DNA of 64,000 nucleotides, taken from NCBI RefSeq assembly GCF_040938485.1, contig NW_027271659.1, positions 248,001 to 312,000 of the forward strand, given 5' to 3'. Of this stretch, positions 14,827 through 27,374 are shown one piece after another. This DNA is from Diadema antillarum. Its lineage: Eukaryota. Below the pieces are notes generated by a model that saw nothing but the letters and a program-made list of their open reading frames with translations, did not search any database and was not told the DNA's origin. Position 1 is the first letter of the stretch. Every line of letters begins with the position of its first letter. The position numbers and the translations under genes were made by a program.

Positions 14827-15156
14827 AGGGAGTTTTAGATTTGCTGCGCGGACGTTTCAGACGACGCTTGAGCTGGACGTTCTCGTCTTCCATGCGTCGT
14901 GCTGGAAAATGGCTTTAGATTACGCTGGGACGCAACGTATAAAAGATAAAATGGCGCCCCCATATGATCGGTGCCTCAAGTAGCTCTCTACGTCGTGAAT
15001 TGAGCGGTCGTAAATATAGCCCAGAACGCGTAGTGAAAAAATCAGACGACGCAAGCTAAAAATAGATCGACTTGACGCGCGCTTCTGCGCATGCTCAGAA
15101 TATGGTTTTTTTTTTTTTACTCTGAACGTCCCCGTCGCGAACATCTAAAGCTCCCT
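14827..15156. mobile_element. MITE with AGGGAG(C/T)TTTAGAT TIRs, Harbinger-like
   Basis: Left AGGGAGTTTTAGAT; right (reverse complement) AGGGAGCTTTAGAT. Subterminal GGACGTT similarity and CpG-rich interior. Confidence 0.65.
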
Positions 15157-15169
15157 AGTGACCGATCAG

Positions 15170-15538
15170 GGCGGTAAGTTGGCTCAGTCAGTAGTGCGTC
15201 TGCCTCACGATCCTAAGGGCCCGGGTTCGAACCCGAGTCTGGACTGAGCAATGTTGTTTGTAAGCATACCATCCCCTCTAGCAAGAGGCAAAACACTGTC
15301 CCTCGGATAGGACATAAAATGGAGGTCCCGTGTATGAGAGAGTAACAACTCAAGCACGTAAATGATCCCGCTTAATTCATTCATCGCAAAGAGCAGGGTG
15401 CTTAACCCGGTGAAGTGGTCCCACCTCACATCCAACTGGACCCCATGGAAGACCGGCTTAACATAGCTGAATATGGGTTATCCAGCCATCTTCTCAGATG
15501 GAAATGAACAAACAAACAAACAAACAAACAAACAAACA
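15170..15538 (+). mobile_element. tRNA-derived SINE with Deu (Nin)-domain-like core, full length
   Basis: A box TGGCTCAGTCAG and B box GGTTCGAACCC. The central CTGTCCCTCGGATAGGACATAAAATGGAGGTCCCGTG...GATCCC...AAGAGCAGGG resembles the DeuSINE/AmnSINE1 core as recalled. (AAAC)n tail; second copy at 19867-20220. Confidence 0.85.
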
Positions 15539-15912
15539 GCTTCAAAAGTTCAATAAACTCGTGTGGGTGTGAAGCAGAAACTGGCTCTTATTTCTGGTTA
15601 AAGAAAATATTGTTATTGACCACAAATAAATATAATACGATAGAATAAATTGATAGATAAAATTGAATGTCAAAAGGACAGGAAGGACTAGATAGGCAGA
15701 TTAACAGGTAAAAAAAGAGAAAGGATAGAAAATTGAAAAATCTGATACATTTGATATCACTGCAAATTAAGAAGAAAGAAAAAAGTGTAAGACAGAGGGA
15801 ATGGGAATGTGGATGGTACTTGAAAGATAGAGAAGAAGATATTTTTTCCAGTATAGGTGTGAGAAATATTTTGATGGCCTGTGTCGTTCTAGTATTATAA
15901 CACATAATTATG

Positions 15913-16185
15913 TTAAAGGGGTGGTATGGTATTGGTTGAGGTGAGGATTCGGCATTTAACTTTTTGCGAGATGCAAGGAAACTACTTCATGAAATGTCAA
16001 AGAGCATACAATTCTAAGAGGAATTTAAATTTTACTTGATGAAAGTTGGTTTTGAAATGGCCGAGATATCCAAAAACAAAGTGCTCTAGTAAAACACTTA
16101 AAGGCAATCCTAATAAATTTTTGGGAGTGCTTTATTATTGATATCTAAGCCATTTCAAAACTAATTTTCATGAAATAAACTTGGA
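15913..16185. mobile_element. Truncated TTAA-AGGG-type MITE
   Basis: Begins TTAAAGGGGTGGTATGGTATTGGTTGAG and resembles abundant echinoid non-autonomous elements as recalled. No right TIR found. Confidence 0.45.
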
Positions 16186-16366
16186 ATTCCTCTTAGAATT
16201 ATATGCTCTTTCATGTTTCATAAGTAGCTTCTCATTATCTCTAAAAATGATCATCAAGAGAAATTTAAAACCTGAAACCCCTTCTCAACGGAACTTGTTT
16301 CATGCCTTTAAAGTGGAAGTCTGTAACTCTTATTCTTTCTCTCTCCCTCTCTCTCTCTCTCATACA

Positions 16367-16402
<36 letters not shown>

Positions 16403-17409
16403 CACTGCAACATAAATACGTACACGGACACACATATATCTTTCTCTCCTCAGCATCTCTCTTTAAACACAGCCATTGACAGCGGTAGAAGTTTGTAATC
16501 ATTGCATCTTTTCTCTCTATAACGGGATCGTCGAAAACGGAGCTTTATCCTTCCCGCTTCTATCGCAATCGGCTCTCTCCTTCACTTCCTTGCAACCCAT
16601 CCCACTTCGCGATCCAAGTCGTCGCACCCTTCCCAGACGATCGTCCATCGTCGAATCATTGAGGAAGTTCCGGGGTTCCTGGGCGGGGTCACTGGCACTT
16701 TTGGACTCCTAGCTTCCAACGTGCGCCACCCTATAGGTTTTCAAGTATTGATATATGCATACGTTAATCCCAATTCCGTCAATTTGGTTCGTTCAATCTG
16801 ACCTAGATGGATGAATTCTTGCCTTTCCTAGCTCTCCCTCTGTCCCCCTCTTCATCTCCCAACCCCCTCCCCCCCCCCCTCGTTCTCTTGATGGGTTCCG
16901 ATCACTCTCATTTTCCACGTATGTGTGTGCAAGGGAGGAATGCAATCACGTGTACAACTCTTTTTGCTGTAAATCTTATGCACCAAGAGAAAGTCTAGCG
17001 TGTACATGCACATCCGTGGCTGCTCTGACGCCTGGACAAAAAAAAGTACTCTCATCATGCTCTCACCCTCATCCTAAGGCTTAAGGTTTTTTGTTTTTTG
17101 TTTTTTGTTTTTTGTTTTGGTCTTGGAGGGGTCAATGCCTGGTGGTCAGAACACACTTGACCCTCCCGTGAGAGCAGCGAACCCGAGGCTACACGAGAAT
17201 GACCAAACCAAAGAACAGTGCATGGTCGTGTTTGTTTGGTTTATAATTATGTTTAATATTTCAAATATGAAAAAAATACATGTATATATATATCGTGAAA
17301 CGGTTAACATGTACAAATCCGTTCATTCACACATGCGTCTACCCCTATGTACCTACCTTCCTATCGATCTATCTTTTTGTTTATTTATTTATCTATCTGT
17401 CTATATATA

Positions 17410-17453
<44 letters not shown>

Positions 17454-19866
17454 CTAAGTGTGTGTATGTGCGTGTTTGAATAAGTGTGCTAAGATATTTT
17501 TATGTCAACTGGTGCGATGCATTGTCACAATTTTTTTTCCTTGTTTTCTTCTTTGTTTTGTGATTATTTCATTAATTCATAAAGTCTTTGTCGTAGAAAT
17601 GGCTCTTTTGTTCAATACTCGATCACTGTTATCATAACAACATATAAGGTGAACTTAGGCAAATCAAGGTTACCTCGCATGAATGGTGTATGGGGGGGGG
17701 GGGGGTGGCACCCACGTCCTAACAAATCATGTATGCGAGTATGAGCTATGATAGTACCTCTTAACGCCGGTCTGGGCACTGACGGATGTGGCGCGTAAAG
17801 TTCGTTAGGTAAACAAACAAAGACAACGAAAGAGCATTGAGTAGTGGTCCAGATTCATTACCATCCATGGCGGCACCCTCGATCGACACCAGAAAATCCT
17901 TACTAACGAGAAGCAAGCAAAAAGAAAAGAACAAATAGCGCAGTGTGTAGATTGCAACTATGCTGAAGAATTCGCCATTAAAGTTTAATAAGGAAGGGTA
18001 GAGTACTTCATTGTCTTTTAAGGATAAAAAGAAAATGCAACAGGAGACAATTTATGAGACAGGCATTTTGGTAGGAAGCATCAATATTCAGAAGGGAAAT
18101 CCTTTACCCTCCTCCTAATCCCTCCTGGTGGTGCAAAGGATCAATAACAGGTCTTTAAGGTTTGGGTCGTTTCAGACAGCATCTTCTGAATAATGGGGGA
18201 GAGAAAGAAACTTTCACTAAGACTCTGAGAGAAGAAATCTTAGTCGCCAGATGAGTTAAAACTCTTTTTAAGTTTTTTATTTTTCTCAAAAAGAGACTTT
18301 GCCATACTGTGCCATGCACAACGTAAGCCTGTAAAAAAAAAAAAAAAAAATATTGCTTTCGTGTTCTTTGGTGGCATTTTGATGCGTGATTTTTTATTGC
18401 TATTAGGAATAGCACATGTATCGTCTTATCAAAGATGAAGATCATAATGTCTATCCATTACACTTGAAATGGACATAGATAAGCGCGATAGATCTAGAGT
18501 TACGATTACTGCCTTTTCTTGCCAGCTTCCAGTAGATATCACAATAAAAAGCCGGCTTTGTAGGCAGAAAAAAGAGAAAATAAAGAAAAAGAGATGCAGG
18601 GCTCATTCATTGTCGACGGGAATCAGCTTCTTTTGAATAATGTTATTGTTGCATATTCAAAGCTGCCTCGGAAACTTTCTTCAAGGAAGCAGAATGGATA
18701 CAATAACAGAATAGCAGAAACTGTCGAGATTCAGGAATGCTGCTCCGTGCATATTATGATCGTTATTTTTCTTTCCAAAAAAAGAAAAAAGAAAAACACC
18801 TTTACACGTAGGCCTACTACGAAAGTTATATGCATGTAGTTAAGAACATCTCAAAAGGTACATACACTTATTTCACATTCTGTTATACAGTTCGTTTGCT
18901 GATCTTACTGAGCTGACGAATGTTCAAAATTTCTTTGCGACAAGAAAAAAAAACATATGTGAGAATGAAAACTGTTTTGCGAATTTGATTGCAACTGTTT
19001 ACAAAGTTGATTGCAATCCTGATGAAACGTAATATTTGCTACGTTTGCAAACATTCGCCGCTCAGTGATACACTGGAACCCACGGACGAACCATTAGCAC
19101 GCACGCGCAGTAGGCTTAAGCACCGTGGTATTAAAAAGTGCGAGAACACGCACCACATGTGCTTATTACTTATCTTGGGCTTCAGTCACTCTAACTATCT
19201 ACGCGGCACTTAACGACGCGAAGATTTAACTTCATCGTTTGTGCGTCTGTGTGCGCATGCCCGTATGCACGAGTCACTTTTATAGTGCTCTGCTTCAGAT
19301 CTCCGCATCATTTCGATATGAGAACATTGCATCACAAGGAAACACAACATAAGCCTGGGAAGAAGGCTACAACAATGCTGATGACAAGTCTCCGTTCAAG
19401 ACAGAGATAATTAATTGACGTAACGAGCAAATCAATTGCACTGATATACATCTGGGGAAAGACATCCATTACAGAATCCCTGTCAAGTGAATCATTCTAT
19501 CCTAGGTTTGTTTGGGTCTGTGAGAATAGTGAGAGTTGATCACTGGCAATAAGACAAACTGACAAAGTCGCTGAAATACTGCATTACAGTGTTTCATTCT
19601 GCCTAGTTTCTTTTCTTTTCCCGTGAAACGATAACAAATCTTACGGAGGGAAACAAAACGCCCAAAGAATATAAAATGATGTCAACATGGTAAATGTTTG
19701 CAGTTCGTCATTGTCGCTAGTCATCGTAGCGAAACACTCACAGGAAAATCTGTAAATCTGTAACGTAGACATGAGCACAGCAGATGGGACTATACTATCG
19801 AAAGATAAATTAGTATGATAAAGGGTAGATAGAGAGAGAGAGAGAGAAAGAGATGGAAAACTTAGA

Positions 19867-20220
19867 TGTTTGTTTGTATGTTTATTCATTTCCATCTGAG
19901 AAGATGGCTGGATAGCCCATACTCAGCTACGTTAAGCTGGTCTTCCATGGGGTCCACTTGGATGTGAGGCGGGACCACTTCAACAGGTTAAACACCCTGC
20001 TCTTTGCGATGAATGAATGAAGCAGGAACTTTTACGTGCTTGAGCTGTGACTCTCTCATACACGGGACCTCCATTTTATGTCCTATCCGAGGGACAGAGT
20101 GTTTTGCCTCTTGCTAGAGGGGACGGTATGCTTACACACAACATTGCTCAGTCCAGACTCGGGTTCGAACCCGGGCCCTTAGGATCGTGAGCTAGACGCG
20201 CTACCGACTGAACCAACTCG
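19867..20220 (-). mobile_element. Second copy of the same DeuSINE-type SINE, inverted
   Basis: The reverse complement aligns end to end with 15170-15538, roughly 90% identical by eye. Confidence 0.85.
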
Positions 20221-20234
20221 GTCGGTAGTGTGAC

Positions 20235-20271
<37 letters not shown>

Positions 20272-23200
20272 GAGAGAGCGGGAGAGAGGCCAGCCAGGGG
20301 TATGGAGGTATAGCGATACGCACAATGCTTTGGAATATTTTTGTTCAGACCATTCTGTACAGAGAGGACCAGGGTGGCATTTTCAAATGAAGAAGGAAGC
20401 TAATAAAAAACAACAACAATCAAACAAACAAGAAAGAGTGGGATGACAGCCTACAGAGTACTGCTTTAGAAAGTTAATTGCAACATTTTATAAAGTCGTA
20501 AACGCATCTCTAAAACAGAATTCTGACACGAATCAGAAGTACCTCATGAAGCAGTGAATGTCAGTGGTAAAAGAAAATCACTTCACGTGAAATCAGTGTT
20601 AGATATGAACGTACGATTTGCAATAATCGGAAAGAGACATACTCCGTTTTCACGACAGTTCGATGCCGGGCACAGATAAATTAACTACCAGCGTGCGAAT
20701 ACCAAGTGAGTGATTGTAGCTAGCGATTTCCATGTTTTCTACTTTACATCCGATACGAAGCCTACCGAGTGTGCGGCGGTATAATGCCCAAGCAGTCACT
20801 TATAATGAGGCGCTACGTAAATAATACAAGTGCGGTACCTGCGACGGGATTGTTTTGCATATTCAGTTTCGCGCTCCGCTGAGCGGGCTTCTTTCGTAGT
20901 TCACGGAAAAGTCGATCATAAAAAAAGGGGAAAAAAGAGAGAGAAAAAGGGCAACAAACGCAAGCGTCGTTAGATTCAATTTACCATGTCACGTGATCTA
21001 ATTGGAAGATTTACTATCCCCCATAGAGACGCCTTAATTGAAGAAAGGGAGTTAACACATACTATCCCCCCCCCCCCATCCACGTTCTTTAATTCTTCGA
21101 ATTTGTCGTTCCACTGAATTTGAGGTCACATTTTGGTTGACTGCCACTTACGCGAACTGTGAAACAATGCATCAAACTCGCAGTTTGTGTCTTTACGTAA
21201 TACTATGATGTAGGTACATGCATCTATGTACCGTATTTTGTTTGCTGCCATTGTTATCTGATACCTCCATATAGTACGTACGATAAAAAAAGGTTGACCT
21301 TTTTCGTATTCAGGTCTTGTATTTAAGAATCATGTCAATATATCAATGATTTATTTGCTTTTACACAGCACGGATGTTGTCGAAGTTGAACGAACAGGTG
21401 CTGACAATACTGTTACTAAAGTTGAGAATCGACAAACGGCAAATATCTTGATTCTGTCCGTCTCTATCTGATTGTCTGTCTTCATCAATACATTACTCCC
21501 GTTCCTCCCCCTCTCTCCTTATTTTTCTCTACGTCTGTCTACTTATCAGTCTATCCATATGTCTATCAGTCCATCTATTTAAGCACGTAAGTATTAATCT
21601 ATCTATTCATTCATATCCCAATGAATTCATCCATTTACCCATATACCTATTAATTCCACCTATCTATCCTCTATCTATATCTCCACATCATCTGTCTGCT
21701 CATATATCTACAAATTCTTCAATCAAAATATCTATAATCCATCTATCTATCAATCCATCTCTTAATCTATCTATCCTTCTATCCGTTTGTCATTCTTTCT
21801 CTCATTTTAAGTATCTTTTCTTTCACATTTTTGCGCGGGGGATTTTCTTTTTTCCTGGAGCTTAATGGCATACCCGGTGAATTATGTTCAAACAGAGTTT
21901 CGTCCCCCTGCTTCGAGAAAACCGTCTTACTGAAATCATATCGAGGCTTCACGACCCCACCTCCTTGTACTGACTCCACACACACACACACACACACACC
22001 TATACATTCCCTTTTAGACCTCCGGTTAACCCCGCTCACATACCTTCTTCAAAAATGTATCTTGCTTGCATCTCATAATACAATCAGCACTTTTTCCGGG
22101 TGAATTTCTGGAGAACTCCCCTCTTCCTGATTTCTCTCACGATTTATCTTTCCCCTCCAGATGGAAACCTGATTGCAACGAACTCTCCTTCTCTATTCTC
22201 AACCGCCACTTCTGCAGTCTAACATTTCCCATTCAGCCTCAGAGTTTATTTCGCAGCTACTCTTCTAGTACAGTTAGAGAGAGAGAGAGGGAGCTAAAGC
22301 GCGCCAAAGTTACCGGTTAGCCCGCCCCGCCATTTCCTTGCGAACGCGCTCAATATTGTGTGCCGTTGTAGGCCAACAATGGGCCGAGGATGTCGTTCCC
22401 GCCAAACGAAACTGATTTAAAGCGATGTAAACATCGTCGTGGCGGTGGACAGCGAGAGACTGTTTACAGAATTGATGACAAGCAGGAAATATCGTCCGGT
22501 GGAAAGCAAAGCGGCATATTTGGGTCAGATTTCCGATTAGTCGTTAATCAGCATAATTGCGGCTTAGGCAACTGGATACTGGACGTGGTAAGAAGAATGA
22601 TGAAGGAGACAGACAGACAGAAAGAGTAAGAGACAGAAAACGGAGAGGCAGACAAACAGCCTAATACAGAGACGAGGGAAGAGATCCTGCGGATTCTGTC
22701 TAAGATTCTCCTATAATGGCGGGAAATTTCCTGTTGCAGAAATCATTGCTACGGGAGACTTAAGTAAATAAGTAGACAGAAGATATCGACTGGCTTATAA
22801 CGATCATAATTATTCTGAAGGGATTTTATTTGGTGACAATGAGGTTCCGCAATAAAGACGATTTTTGGAGGACTATTGTCGTTTTTAGTGTGTTTCCGGG
22901 CTTTCTACAGTTTGTCATTTAGTAAGTGATAGCACCTTGTTGTTACGTAACCGTCGATGTTTTTCGATATTTTTTTGGAGCGAGCTATTGAGGCACACTA
23001 GAAACGAGAAGGACATTTACTTGAAGATTTTTGAAAAAGGACTGCGTGTAACTCCTGTTCTTGAATTAGGCGTCTATTTAGCTCCTGCAACAAATGATTG
23101 GCTTTACTAAAAGTTAGCTGACGCCCATTTAGAATGAATATCATTGCTGGAATGTACTAAAAGGGACACACTAAAGACATCTTTACATTAGCTCTGCCAG

Positions 23201-26200
23201 AGAGTATGCTTTACTCCCTTCATGAATAATCTGTGAAGCTCTGATTCATGAACAATAAAGGAAATTCTAAGAAAACAAGATAAAGTGTGACCCTGCATAA
23301 AAAAAAACTACACACACACACAAAAAAAAAATATATGTATTTTTTTTTAGTTCAGGCACATCCTGAAAGAATCTGGGTACCTAAATTCATCATGTCACTA
23401 CCGGCAACTAGGGATAGCCCGGTGATAGTGTATATTCCTATAAGAATTTTGGACGATGAGAATGAATCGAAATTTCTGGTCGATAAACTCAGGAATAAAA
23501 AGAGAATGGCACTGACATATATCAGTGCTCATGGTCAAACATGTAGGGCATTCTATTCGAATGCGCTTCCTGCCTAAATCGAGATAAACATCAACAATTA
23601 CAATTGAACACATAAGAGAGAGAGAAAAACCAAACAAAACAACAACAATAAAAAGTTGAGATGCCAGACAAGATTTACTTCATCGTGAATGCCGCAGGTC
23701 GATATGATTAATAATCATACTCTACGCTGACATAGCCTGAACGCAAACGTTGATGAATGTGGTGATGGAATCACAAATCCCACAACTACACCGAAAATTA
23801 TTGACGTCTTTCTAAAATAATCCATCCCGTGACATACCAGTTGTATAATTCGTGCCCCTGTCAAGTGGTACCTGTACCTATATGTTTGTAAGTATGTATG
23901 TGTGTGTGGCCTCATAACGGTAAAATCGGTCTTTGTTTTTATCGTCCTTCAGTTTAGCACTGAGAAAGATATTATATCTAAAAACACACAAGAGGAATAT
24001 TACAGCTGCGTACAGCTGGGAAAATCGTACCCAAAAACTTCTCTTTGGAATTAACCTCCTACTAAAAATGCTGAAGCTGGATCTTAAATAAAGTCTAAAA
24101 AAGTTTCTTGCCGTTGTGTTGTTATTGTTGTTTTCAACAGGATTAACCAGAAGGATTTTTTTTTTCGTGATTAGAGGCGCTGTTTTTGGAATCAAGAATT
24201 AAGCAATTATCAGTTAAATGGCTCTTCCTTTAAAAAGAAAAGAGAGTCTTGCGTTTATGCTCCTCGGCACTATCGTTTGGATAGACTTGTTTTCAAATCG
24301 CCTGAAAAGATCACTTCATCAATACATTTGGATATATCGAGCTTCCTTCGGTAACCGCTCCCTTGGTTTGTCTAAACTAAAGAAAATCCGGAATAGGCCC
24401 ACGGGGTAGAGTCATCTTAAATGTCACTCTCGCGTAGAAAGTCTTCCACAAGGCTTCAGATGGGCGAAGCGAGAGAAAATTCATCGGCAGAAAAAAGTAA
24501 GTGGCTTAGATTGGCTTGCCTAGAAACGTCATCGTGTGCTCAAGGGGGCATGGCTTCCGGTATAAAGTGTGTTTACTGTACAGCTCAAATCTGAGCGGGA
24601 ACCCCAATCAACAACCCATTTGGGGGCGGGGCGTTGCCATGGTTGCAGACCGAGGACGCCGCCCTGGCCCGTCGTTGAACAGAGACCCTCTCAAAATGCT
24701 GAAAGGAGATTGAACTGACTTCATACACTTCGGGGACCGTTGATATTAGGTTGGATGATTTTAGTTGCGGGCGGTTGCGGAGGGGAAGGGGTTGAGGACC
24801 GAAAAGTAAGATTATCAGAATCATACCCGACTTTTTGGTCGCTGCTACTGCATTTTTACTGCAAATAAGCTTTCAGATGGTGGTTTTGCAATTTTCAGTT
24901 TTCAATGCAGTGTACAATTTCAGGAAACGGTATCATATTTAAAGTAAAAATTAGTTGAAATAAGTTTGATTTAATGTTCTTACTCGCTATTTTGAGATGC
25001 TTTATAAAGTTACTCAGTAATCTATATATGAGATATAAAGCAAAAAAAAATATATATATTTTCTTTTTATAGCCATCTATCTATCCATCAATCTATCTAT
25101 CTATCTATTTCTCGACTTGTTCATATATCTATTTATCTGTGCATCTGTCTGTGAAGGTTTCTTGAATGACAAAAGCGCGTATCATATCTGTTACATTACA
25201 ATTGATCTCATTTCTTTATTGTCTGTCCTTCTTGTTGTCGTTGTTCTCTGGTGTAGACGTATAAGACTGCCCACTAGACATCGAGGCTGTAGTCGTAAGA
25301 CCCATTTCATTTCAGAGCCATTCCTTGCATCTTGAATTATATAATCCATGTAAACGTCGCTTCGTGATGAATGGACATTCATAATAGAAGATAAAAAAAC
25401 CCAAACACACTTCCCAACCAGCCACACCAATGCCACAGTACCTAAATGTTTGATAAATAATTCAGATCTAGATATGCATCTCATCGGGGTCCCTTGGAGC
25501 AATTCATTGCATGCTTCTTTTTCTGATTATCGAAACCAGTTGTCGCAGCGTCCAGTTACGACGCCATAATTTTTATGTAGAGATATTGAAGTGGCAATCT
25601 GTGCATCCAAACTGGGATAGCAAGATGGAGTCTTGCTCATTTAGTGCAGCTTATTAAACTCAGTTTATTTTCTGGACAAATTGTCCTTCAGTATGTTTTT
25701 TAAGACCCAGAGTCAGCACGTTTGGTGGCATTATGGTCAACAATTTTGATTTCAATTACGTCGGAATATCACAGAATATCACAAATAAAAGAATCAAAAT
25801 TATATATAAGTTGGAGGTAGCTAGCAGACGGAAAAAATTTGATTGATATAAAAATCATTGCGGGTATACCAATGTTTTGTCAGTATTGATTTCCTTCCCA
25901 CATAGCAAAACGTGGACATCCCTCCTGTTTCATCTACAACTTTGTCTTAATGGAGATATAAAAAAAGTACAAAGAAGGAAAGAGACAAAGAAAGGAAACA
26001 GATTTATATCGAATCGACACCTAAAAACTGGGTGAGGTTCAATTTTCCTGTCTCTCATTCGTTTTTACTGTGCCACTTCATAGATACTGCGGTGCTTACA
26101 GACGACGCTATGGATGCCTGTGGGCACTGACCTTCTAATCTGAAGACAGAAACGGAACTCTCTCTAGATCAATCATTATTCATTGTCTTTTCAATACGAT

Positions 26201-26201
26201 T

Positions 26202-26241
<40 letters not shown>

Positions 26242-26670
26242 TAGATAGATATAAACTTGTTGTATTGTTCTATATGAAAGAGACAAACAAAACAATAGAG
26301 ACAAAAGGATATTACACCATGGAGGGGAATTTTCACCTTTGCCTCGGGGCTGGAAAGAAAATATGATACTGGAATCGATCAGCCGCCGGTACTGGCCTGA
26401 CTTGTGCCTATAATTCTGCAAATTTGAATCCCGACGACTTACTTATACGTCCACAGCTGCAATATTATTCCGCATAATTCATGGCAGCGCGATGAAAACG
26501 ATTTGTACAATTTGTTTTGAGAGCATCAATTTTATTTGACTTTCCGCCCTCAGGAAATTAATCGATTCCGATGGATAATGGCTAGCCCCCTGGGCAAATG
26601 TCTCTTTGAAATTCTCATAACCAAATACGTTTCATCCCCCTGCCCACGGTGTGAAAATCAATAACAATCA

Positions 26671-26684
26671 GTTGTCATGGCAAC
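26671..26684. promoter_or_regulatory. RFX X-box motif
   Basis: GTTGTCATGGCAAC, one mismatch from GTTGCCATGGCAAC. Motif match only. Confidence 0.5.
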
Positions 26685-26839
26685 TGAGTGTCATACCATA
26701 AGCTGTCACACTCCCTCCTTGTGAACCCTTCATCCTGGGCCATTGCTACACCGCCATTGTCCCGTCTCGGGCCATTGCACGCTGGGGATTATTCGAACAA
26801 ACTGATCATCCTGTTTTGAAGGACGTCGGTGATTCGTGA

Positions 26840-27374
26840 CGGATTCGTGACGATTATTTTTCGAAAGACTCGTTATCCCGAAACACACACATTTCCTATC
26901 TTGTCAGTTAATCTAAAAACTACAACATGAATGGTTCGTTTATCTAAACATGTATGGGGTTATTCCGAGGGTTCGTTCTTGCGGAGATTCATTATTCCAA
27001 AAATGAAATAGGTCTCGTTATTCAAAAGATTCGTTAATCCGAAAATGAAATAAGGTTCGGAAGTGCGCACCTTCTTTTCATTTGTGGATAAACGAACCTT
27101 ATTTCTTGGGATCCTTGTCGCGAATGGTTACAGTTCGTTATTCCGAAGGCTGGTTATTTTGAAAGTTCGTTAATCCGTAAATGACAAAAAATTTAGTTAT
27201 CTGAAAATGGAAATGAATTGCGTACCAACGAACATTCGGATTTACGAACGTTATTTCATTTTTGGATCAACGAACCTTCGGAATAAAGAGCGTTTATTTC
27301 ATTTTCGAATTAACAAGTCTTCGGAATGCCGAATCTGTGGAATAACGAACTGTAACCATTCGTGACAAGGATCC
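26840..27374. mobile_element. Repeat-rich MITE-like element(s) built of TTCGTTATTCCGAA units
   Basis: 36-bp inverted repeat, GGATCCTTGTCGCGAATGGTTACAGTTCGTTATTCC at 27109-27144 against its near-complement ending at 27374. Many degenerate units in both orientations extend left to about 26840. Confidence 0.65.

Noticed and set aside
16592-16624. Minus-strand translation RRLGSRSGMGC resembles the natriuretic peptide C-terminus (DRIGSxSGLGC)
   Set aside because: The first ring cysteine and FG are missing, the frame has an upstream stop, and there is no usable splice acceptor; most likely chance.
18155-18328. Poly-T acceptor followed by an in-frame 57-aa basic ORF on the gene strand
   Set aside because: The acceptor is created by a homopolymer run, and the translation resembles nothing known.
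26900-27360. Possible CRISPR-like or peptide-coding tandem array
   Set aside because: Eukaryotic context, units are degenerate and in both orientations, there are no unique fixed-length spacers, and no open frame.
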